A stretch of DNA of 64,000 nucleotides from Octopus vulgaris (taxonomy: Eukaryota). The DNA lies in assembly GCA_951406725.2 (NCBI GenBank), contig OX597817.1, positions 138,570,001-138,634,000 of the forward strand, given 5' to 3'. This document shows positions 53,929 to 64,000 of this stretch, one piece after another (position 1 is the stretch's first letter; each line of letters starts with the position of its first letter). The notes beneath the pieces were generated by a model. That model was not told the DNA's origin. It made no database searches and was given only the letters and a program-made list of their open reading frames with translations. Position numbers and translations under genes: made by a program.

Positions 53929-54203
53929 ATATATATGGATTTCGTAGACAGGAACTGAAACAAATCAATCGTATATATATGTATATATGTAAGTGTATGT
54001 GTGTGTCTTTATGTCTGTGTTTCGCCCTCATCACTGCTTCACAACTGCTGTTCATTTATTTACATCCACAAAACTTACTGGTTTCACAAGAACAAACTAA
54101 TAGAATAAGTGCTAGGCTTATCAACATAAAAAAGCACTAGGCTGTGTCTCATATTTTTGTTTGCCCACTCAGTTGTATCTATCAATTCATCTTTGTGTAT
54201 GTG

Positions 54204-54286
<83 letters not shown>

Positions 54287-54304
54287 ATATATATATATAT
54301 ATAT

Positions 54305-55344
54305 AACACCCTAATGGGAGCCTTAACTCTCGAATTTTAGTCATTTCTTTTATGAGCCAAAACTAGGTCAAAAGTACTGAATGGATCTTTACGAAATTTG
54401 GAAATTATATTCTAAGCATAAGGGCCATAACCCCCATGACAATTCATATATTTTTGCTGTTGATGAAATTTTAACCATAGATATTAGACACAAATGAAGT
54501 AATATTTATAAAATTTCATCTTCTTACAAATTTAGAAAGACCCCTCCATGGGGACTTAACACCCACAATTTTGTCATTTTATCTAAACAAAAACGAATAC
54601 AGTTGTGCTCTTGGAAGCTGTAGGGTTACCCGAGCATAAAAGTTGGGCATTATTTCTAATTCAATGGTACAACAATGTAACAGTTTGCTTTGACATACAC
54701 TTACATTGTGATTTCTGTAATGTGGTGCATAAATTGTTAATTAAATGAGAGGCATCTTTGTCTCCACTGATTCAGTTGCAAAGTGTTGAGTAAAGTTATC
54801 TGATTGCAGACCTCCTTTCAGTCTTTTTATTATTACTCGGTCACACATAGTCCCCAGATGGTAACATTGATTACAAGGCCTTCCCAGATGAGTGACTGGT
54901 TATTCAAAGACATTTATAGATTTTAAATTCAACCTGTCCAGTTACGTATCAGTATAGTGGTCATTTGCAAACTCCAGAGGTGACACTTTAATTTCCCCTA
55001 AGCCCTCAAGTCACACAGTTGTTAATGTTGATTTCAGTTGGGTCACACCCTTCCAATTGCTATAGATTCGTGAAGCATCTTACGGCTGTGCCTGTCACCT
55101 GAATGGTGAGGAATCCTACATTGGGAGTGGTAACGACTAGGGTAGGGTAACTGACTGCTTATTGTGATCATTCGTCTTTTGGTTTCCATGTGACACGATT
55201 TTTAGGGTGTGTAAAGAGGGAAATAACCCTCATCTGCAATTTTGATGAAATTCGAAACAGATATTCCAGTTCATTCAGAAAATATAACACAACAATCTAA
55301 TTCTTCAATTGAATGTAACCGGGCAACGCCGGGTATCTCTGCTA

Positions 55345-55345
<1 letters not shown>
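54305..55345 (+). mobile_element. Probable Helitron-type element (3' terminus clear, 5' end not)
   Basis: CCGGGCAACGCCGGG hairpin then CTAG|T at 55318-55346. Confidence 0.55.
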
Positions 55346-55413
<68 letters not shown>

Positions 55414-55420
<7 letters not shown>

Positions 55421-55952
55421 ATATTTCGGAATGGTCATATTTTTAGCCAATAAAAACACGCACTATATATTTGGTGTTATTTTGCTTCAGTGATATTTAT
55501 TTTTTACTCTTAATCTTATTTCGGCCAGAGTTCTTTCGTCACACTCCTGTGACCGCATCAGTGGTCCTTTGTTTTTTTCTTTCGTATTTGTGTCTCTCCT
55601 TACTAACCGTCAGCCATTTTGTATTTCTATTGTATGTCTTCAAATGCTTATATCTCTATGTGCGTCTATGTTTATTTAGTGTGTGTGTGTGGGGGGGATG
55701 CCTGTAATATATATATCTTCTGTTTATATACATTCATGCAATTTGTATTTTGTTTTTGTTGTTGTTGCTTTTGTTCTACGAAAAAAAAACAAAGGACCAC
55801 TTTTCACAGGAGTGTGACGAAAGAACTTGGCCGAAATAAGATTAAGATTAATGTAAAAAATAAATATCTGAAGCAAAATAACACCAAATATATAGTGCGT
55901 GTGTTTTTATTGGCTAAACTGGCAATATGACCATTCCGAAATATAACAATAT
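55414..55952. mobile_element. Inverted repeat of about 170 bp with a degenerate hammerhead in the left arm
   Basis: Arms 55414-55587 and 55777-55952. Minus strand GGACCA-CTGATGCG-GTCAC..GTGAC-GAAA-GAAC-TC-TGGCC at 55523-55567. Confidence 0.65.
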
Positions 55953-55985
55953 TGTTTCAATCACGACTTCACATAAAAATCTTGC

Positions 55986-56071
<86 letters not shown>

Positions 56072-56145
56072 GTTAATCCAAACATGAAAACAAAAAGAGA
56101 AAACAACAACGCGAGAACGTGGAACAATTATAGTGTTATAGGACG

Positions 56146-56198
<53 letters not shown>

Positions 56199-56226
56199 CA
56201 ATATAGTATATTTCCATGTAAGCTTA

Positions 56227-56486
56227 TCTATTATATAAAATCCGTTCTGTCTCTTTGTCTGTCTGTCTTCTAGGATCTCGGGCCTCCTCCATCCGATTGC
56301 GTTCAAATTTGATATGTAGATACCGACAGTATCAGGGCGTGTATAAGTCTTGAAAAAATTACAAAAATCGATTCCAGGTGAGAATGTGATCGATAAAGCT
56401 GTCGGGAACGTGCATTTGCACGCTCAAGTACATCAGCTGTTGCGATCGATACTACGCGTACTCGGGAAAAATGCACGGTGTCTCAA
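56227..56486 (+). mobile_element. Helitron-like 5' portion
   Basis: A|TCTATTATATAAAA start, (CTGT)n and CCGATTGCGTTCAAATTTG. Confidence 0.5.
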
Positions 56487-56749
56487 ATTTAGGTTAAATC
56501 AGTGTTTCTCCTCAAAGGGAGGCCTACGGGACGATCGGACAAGTTATTTTGAGAAAATTTGCTTTAAATGTTTGACAACTCAGCACTGTCCATTGGATAA
56601 TGGGCCTTTTGCTCATATATATAAACGAGCAAAAGGCCCCCATGCAATGGACGATGCTGAGTTGTCAAACATTTAAAGAAAATTTTCTCAAAACAACTTG
56701 TCCGACCGTCCCGTAGGCCTCCCCTTTGAGAAACACTGATTTAACCTAA

Positions 56750-56751
<2 letters not shown>
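56487..56751. repeat. 265-bp fold-back palindrome containing a hAT-like terminus
   Basis: CAGTGTTTCTC / GAGAAACACTG near both ends with a TA-rich apex. Partial third copy at 56855-56925. Confidence 0.8.
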
Positions 56752-56804
<53 letters not shown>

Positions 56805-57161
56805 TTATAATATATATGTTTCTATAAAATATAAATTACAAAGGGGACAAGAACCTACGGACAAGTTGTTTTGAGAAAACAGACGGGTCACTCGCTCTAA
56901 ATGTTTGACAACTCAGCATCGTCCATTTCTAAATTCTATGATTATAGAAGGAAATATATACAGGCATTGGACTATATCTTCTATAATCATATATATATAT
57001 ATATATATACATATATATATTCAGATAATCATATATATATATATATATATATTATATATAAAAAAGCCTTCAACGGCAAATATATATTGCTATAATCATA
57101 TGATATATATATAAGAAAGAATATATATATATATATTCTATAATCATATATATATTCTATA

Positions 57162-57198
<37 letters not shown>

Positions 57199-57621
57199 TA
57201 TAATTATAAACATAATTATAATCAGTGGTCAGCTAATTGCTTCGCCACGCACCGAATTTAGAAATGGGAGTTAAAATGCCTTTTCTACTACCATAAAGAT
57301 CTGCCAGACAAAAATAAAAAATAACGAATCCATACGAATCAGATTAGCTACATACGATGAATTAATCAATTAATTTTACTGTTTTATTATTATTGAAATA
57401 TATATATACAGAGAGAGAGGAGAGAGAGAGACACAACTAGACAGAGTGATTGCTAGATCGATAGTTTAAGACCAGACCAGTACCAGTAATATATTAGGGT
57501 AGAAGATTAATTCAGATGTATTCAACTGAGATTTAAATCTTTTCTACTGCAATGGGCGTGGCTTCTTGGGAGTAATTTTAATTCCTTGTTTTACTAACTA
57601 CATCAACAACAACTACTACTG

Positions 57622-57656
<35 letters not shown>

Positions 57657-57657
57657 G

Positions 57658-57691
<34 letters not shown>

Positions 57692-58172
57692 CTTATATAT
57701 CTTCCTTTCCTTATTCTCTTATTAATTATTCACATCCCCCACCCTGTCTCCCTCCCCACCTCCTTCTTACACGTCTCACCCCTCGTAGTTCCTCTCTCGG
57801 TCGTATTTCCTCATGTTTTGTTTTATGACTGATACTCCCATCTCACCCCCACCCCGCTTCTGGTCATTCTATACACTCATACACAGAAGAAACACATACA
57901 CATTCATGCAAATGCATATGAATACACACACACACTCACAAACACACACACACACACACACACACATGTATATACAGCTTAGTTTTGAAAACTGTACTCG
58001 ACTTAAATGAATGTGTGTGTGTGTGTATTATTGAAATCTAATCTGACCGTGCCAGCCTCCACAGAAAACTGTAATGGACACACCTGGACGTCTTCCTTGG
58101 TTGAGACGTAACTAAATCAGCAATGATAACATATACATATTATGTGAGCGTATATATATATAAATATATCTG

Positions 58173-58266
<94 letters not shown>

Positions 58267-58267
58267 A

Positions 58268-59328
58268 ACTGCTTCTATATGAGATCTAAATCATCTACAT
58301 GCTCGAATCAAGTGGTCCTGTTCATTTTGGACATTACTCTGACTATGGTAGCTTTCAAAGAATCTTTGGTGTTTTGGGCGTCTTCATTGACCTCTCTCTC
58401 AACAACACTCCACATATAACAGTCCAATTGATTGACACCTGGGGAATTAGGAGGCCGTATGTTAGGGGTTATGTGATCATGAAAATTTTCAGCCATCCAT
58501 TCGTATGTTACTAGAGCCATGTGTGATAGTGCAGAGTCTTACTGAAACACACATGGCCTTCCATTGCATACAGTGTCTATCCAGGGCTTAAAAATTATTT
58601 CCAGGACCTCAATGTAGGTGGCAGAGTTAACTCTAAGGCCCTGTGGAAATAAATAAGGAGGCATCCCATGTCTTTCATTGCTGACAACCCCTAAAGCCAT
58701 GATAGTTACAGGAAATTTTGTATGCATAACACTTGGAACTTCAGAAGGGTCTTCACATAACCGTCTGTCATTTCTTCTGGGTCTTGGTCGAAGTTTTTCC
58801 CGTTTGAGAAAAAATCAAATCAAATCTGCTAGATTTTTCAATTTCTTTAAGAGCATTTTAGATCTGAAGTAGTGATTTTCTTTTGCTTTTTCTGACAAAC
58901 TGGCCTTTCCTTATCATATAAGACGTATACCTGATGTCTTTGTAGACAACATTTCTGTCTGTTCCTTCGGACACATGGAGATCTTTTGCAATTGATCCCA
59001 TGGACTTTCTGGGATTGTAATCAACGGTCTGTTGAACTTCCTGGATAAATTCAGGTGTTCTGATGATTTCAGCGCGTTTAGAATGCTTTTTATGGCTGTG
59101 ATACGTTTCCATCTTCAGTCTCTAGCTCCTTACAAACTTTGAAGACGTAAGATCTGGCAACTTTTAATAACCGAGATATTTTTAACCAGAATAACAGCAT
59201 GCCTCTTCATTTCTTGAGTAAGTTGAAGGTCTGCCATTATTACTTTCTGAAACAAAGATTATTCAGAGTTAGCAAGAAAAGCGCAATGACTCCAAAAAGG
59301 TATGTCCTGAAATACCTTACGCACCCGA
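58268..59328 (-). mobile_element. Second, diverged DD37D transposon relic
   Basis: HTKFPVTIMALGVVSNE...FQ*DSALSH...PPNSPGVNQLDCYMWSVVER, plus an N-terminal HTH-like ORF at 58858-59112. Confidence 0.85.
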
Positions 59329-59348
59329 TATATATATATAATGGATGC

Positions 59349-59450
<102 letters not shown>

Positions 59451-59828
59451 ATATCGTTTAGAGAATTATTATTGCTGTCGAACAGATTTTCGAAATCAGT
59501 AAATGTATTTACGTGAAAATCTTTATATAAATATCCTGCATGGAGAGTCGTTCATCGAAGGGCGGTGCCTACCATACGTTGACGAGAGGCAAACACCTCG
59601 AAACCTGGGTCCGTATGTGGCTTCCGCTTCTTCGGTGGATGATCTCCCTTTGCAGGATAGAGGACGCCGTGATGGTGTCAAGCCTTCTGGTGACGTTGAT
59701 GTTCGCCTGGGGTAAATGCAACAGTAACACCCCCACTCTGCCCTGTCCCTAGCCACATTCAAATGGCTAATGTCCCTTTTGTTATGGAGCAGTTACTGTC
59801 TATATCTCGTTTAGAGAATTATTATTGC

Positions 59829-59910
<82 letters not shown>

Positions 59911-60494
59911 GCATCCATTCTAATATCCATCCATACAAAAGCCATGTGACTGAGTTAGCGTAATATGATAGAGGTTGTGTGATAGAGTTTCTGGGACAGC
60001 AAAAGTGTGATGGTCGTGTAAAGTGTATTATGTGCCAACAAGTGCCGTGGAGTAATTCTTTCTTGTTTACTCATTTTATCATCGATTCTGGTATGGCACC
60101 TACCGCCGCCGCCGCCACCGCCACCACCAGCACCCACCCACCCTTCAACACCCTCACCACCATCACCTTCATTTACGACACTAACAACAACACCTATATC
60201 ACCACGATTAACACTTTTCATACAACCGTCACCAATATGGTCAGCGTCGTCGTCGTCGTCATCCTCCTCCTCCTCCTCCTCCTCCTCATCATCATCATCA
60301 TCATCGTTATTATCATCACTGCAGACAGCATCGACCACATCGATATAATAAAACTTCCACTGCACCATCTCTCGTTCATCATCTTTATGTTGATGTGGAA
60401 ACGAATGGATTGATCTATCTACATACCGATGTATAATATATATGTATACATACACACATACATACATACATATATACATACATACATACATACA

Positions 60495-60530
<36 letters not shown>

Positions 60531-60829
60531 CATACACACATTTATAATCATATATATATATGTATATACACATACACATATATATATATATATATATGTA
60601 TACATGCATATATATATAGATGCATGTATATACCTAGTCATCTAATTGTATTTCCTTCCACCTGTCTGTATCTAATAAGTTTTCTCTGTAGCTCCATTAT
60701 CAATGTGTCTTTCCATGGATTCATTCATAATTCCCTCCTTCACTCTTCCTCCTGCATATTTGTTATAATATATATATATATACATACATACATATATATA
60801 TAGATATATATATATATAGATATAGATAG

Positions 60830-60882
<53 letters not shown>

Positions 60883-61654
60883 CATACATAAACTTATATA
60901 TACATCTATTCATGCGCATTTATTCATATATATGTCTACATATTCATACATAAACATGAACAATCTTTCTTATATATACATACACACACAAACACATACA
61001 ACACACACACATTTTCACACATACATACACACACACACACACAAAGTTGTGTTCATCATTCCTCATTCGCTGCTCACCGTTTTTCGTGATTAATTCCTCT
61101 CCTCATCGTTTCTCTCTGTCCAAGATGAAATGTGAGGCGAAGAAATTTGTACCCTGCTCCATGCTGATCTAAAGGGAACTAGTTGTGGTGATGGTGGTGG
61201 TGATTGGGATAGTATAAATTTAGGGAGGCCTGAGAGGAAGGGGTCGTGTCATAGCAAACCAGCTGACCCTTTTTCACGGCATCCTTTGACAAGGGCCTAA
61301 AGTGGAAAATGATTGAGTGTCGAAGGAAGCGAAAGAATAGCAGAGATTGTTTCTCTGGCAAGTTAAGGAGTCAAAAAGAAAAAAAAAAGGGTATAGAGGA
61401 GGAGTGTGGGCGAAACTGGGGCTGAGCTGGGGTGAAAGGACCATAGATGAGACAAAAACCTATTCACGTCTCCAATTACGCTGACAAGAAGGAAGAGGGG
61501 GAGGAGGGGAGGAGAGGAGGAGGAGGTAGTTCCCGGGGGTATTATGTATATAAAAAATGATTTTATATATTTCACCTATAACCATATTGTATCTACAACC
61601 ATATTGCATCAAAACGCGAAGCACCGCCACCAACACTAGATCCATCATCAAACA

Positions 61655-61709
<55 letters not shown>

Positions 61710-62398
61710 GAAATATGTGTGTACGCGTGTGTACAAAATATATTGTATATTCAAATATATAAATATATATGCGTGTGTTTGTGTGTGTGTGTGTGCATGC
61801 ACGGGCGCGTGTGTGCATATGAATATATATAAATTATATATTTAAATGCTTATATATGTATACATAAAATGATAAACGTGTATGTGTGTATGCATTTGTG
61901 CGTGTATGTGTGTGTGTGTGTGTTTGTATGTGTGTTTTCCTCTGTGTTTCCATCACAATTGACTAATGTTTTATTTTAACGAAGCAGACATATATTTGAT
62001 CAGATTTTCTTGTATGTAAACCTTTACTTTCGTTTTGATGTTTTGTCGTAGAACCAGATTTCACTTTCCTGATTTTGCTTTTCTCCGTTCCAGCCACAAA
62101 AATCTACCCTATATATTTCACATCAGCCGAGGCTTGCAAGCGTCACTAAAGTAGCGAGTTAGTCTGAGGCGTCGAAACTACTAGAATCTCTAACAAGGTA
62201 GCTAATGAGAGTACAATTTTCGTTTGGTCTGTCGCTCACAACAAAACGAACGAAACTTTGTGTCCGTTCCGTAATAGAATGCAAATATAGCTAAAGTGAA
62301 GTGACAATGGATAAATACAATCAAACTTAATGCATTGAAGTAGACAGTAGCAGAGAAAGAAAAATATTTGAAATATTTCCTAAAAATATGTAAAGTAT

Positions 62399-62557
62399 AG
62401 GAGCAGGAGTGGGTGTGTGGTAAGACGCTTGCTTCCCAACTGCATGGTTCCGAGTTCAATTCCACTGCGTGGTACCTTGGGCAAGTGTCTTCTACTATAG
62501 CGAACCACAGTCTTGTGAGTGGATTTGGTAGACGGAAAATTAAAAAAAGCCCGTCGA

Positions 62558-62637
<80 letters not shown>

Positions 62638-62860
62638 GTGTATATCTATGTGTCTGTCTCCCACTACCGCTTGACAACATGTGTTGGTATGTTTATATCC
62701 CCGTAACTTAACGGTTCGACAAGGATATCGATAGAATAAGTACTAGGCTTTAAAAAAGTATTGGGGGCGATTTATTCGACTAAAATTCTTCAAGGTGATG
62801 CCCCAGCATGGCTGCAGTTTAACGACTGAAACAAGTTGAAGAATAAAAGAATAAAAGAAT
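62399..62860 (+). mobile_element. SINE family B, full length
   Basis: TGGGTGTGTGGTAAG A-box, GAGTTCAATTCC B-box and (AATAAAAG)n tail. Confidence 0.9.
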
Positions 62861-63239
62861 ATAGTGAGATTCGGAGTGTTATCAATGGTTTAGAACTGAA
62901 GTGAATAATGGAGATTGCGAGTGTTCTTGACAAATTGTTAACGATTGATACCTTCTCTCTTCACAGAACATTTCTTATCCGTCAAACACTTTGCAGAATT
63001 ATTCAGTTTCCATGCACTACTTCAATATTCTGGTTTCAAATCTTACCATGTCAACGTTTTTGTCTTTCACGAGGTATAAACTCCGTATGATTTAGTGGAA
63101 GACGTAAATAAGAATACGCGATGTTCATTCTTTTCCTAAAAATATTTCCCAGTGTCAGGAGAGAATGTATAAGCTGCGAATTAAAATCGATTAACTGTTG
63201 GAATACGCCAGGAGCTTTCTACATCTTTCTGCGCGGTGG

Positions 63240-63286
<47 letters not shown>

Positions 63287-64000
63287 CTACTCATGATGAT
63301 CGTATTTTTTAAGAGAGAAAATGTCTGAGCTGAACGTAAATGCTTTCAAGCGAAATTTGAACCCAAATAGGAATTACCAAGAATTACTTCCCCATGAATA
63401 AGACTGAATAGACTCGATTCAACGAAAGAGCTTCTATATGGTCACAGGATCTACTAGAAATAACAGTCAAATTTCCTTCAAAGCATACTCTACCGTATTA
63501 AAAACGTTTGGAAAATATCGTCTTTGATACTTTAATTCTGAAAACGAAAAAAGGCGGGATGGTCATAGACAGAAGGACATTGATCATGAGTCTGGGGTGG
63601 TAGGGGTGGTTAAACAATGACAACAACAACCACAACAGTTCTAGTGTCGATTCACTTAACCATTCCAACTTTGTATTCTAGTAGCTATTCTATTTGATAC
63701 GACATGGCGTTTCAATGCAACATGGTATCTTCGTATTCTTGGCAATGTCACATCATTCGTATTTGTCTTCGCATCACACCATTCCAACTATTTCTGAGCA
63801 CAAAGATCAGTCAAATGACAGAACATTCGGAAGGCGAAAAGATTTATTGAAATATTCGCCAACTTTCTTGTTTCCACTCACGTAAATAAACTCAGGAAAG
63901 CAAATCTGCGAGCCGTTTACATTTTAAGTCAAATATTCTTTTAAATTAAATTCTCACAGGTTTGCCCTCGTCTATATATACGTGTATTTTGTTGCTAAAA

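Overview
AT-rich, microsatellite-saturated animal DNA, intronic or intergenic. The tRNA-SINE, RTE, Dong/R4 and Penelope repertoire suggests an octopus (inferred, not searched). No host protein-coding exon, rRNA, functional tRNA or CRISPR array is supported, and almost all ORF-track entries are translated simple repeats. Recognisable relics include CR1, RTE and R4/Dong non-LTR retrotransposons, a Penelope-like ORF, Tc1/mariner (DD37D, about DD40D, mariner-type), a hAT transposase, Helitron ends and three tRNA-derived SINE families. The main signal is about 15 type-I hammerhead-ribozyme-like folds (stem I-CUGANGA-stem II-GAAAC-palindrome-GUH-stem I) in roughly eight sequence-distinct non-coding families. 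They sit mostly at (TA)n tracts, often as fold-back palindromes, and two loci are circularly permuted, as expected for Penelope-mobilised retrozyme-like circular RNAs. One family fuses a Pol III tRNA head to a hammerhead. All folds, translations and coordinates were read by eye and may be off by a few bases.
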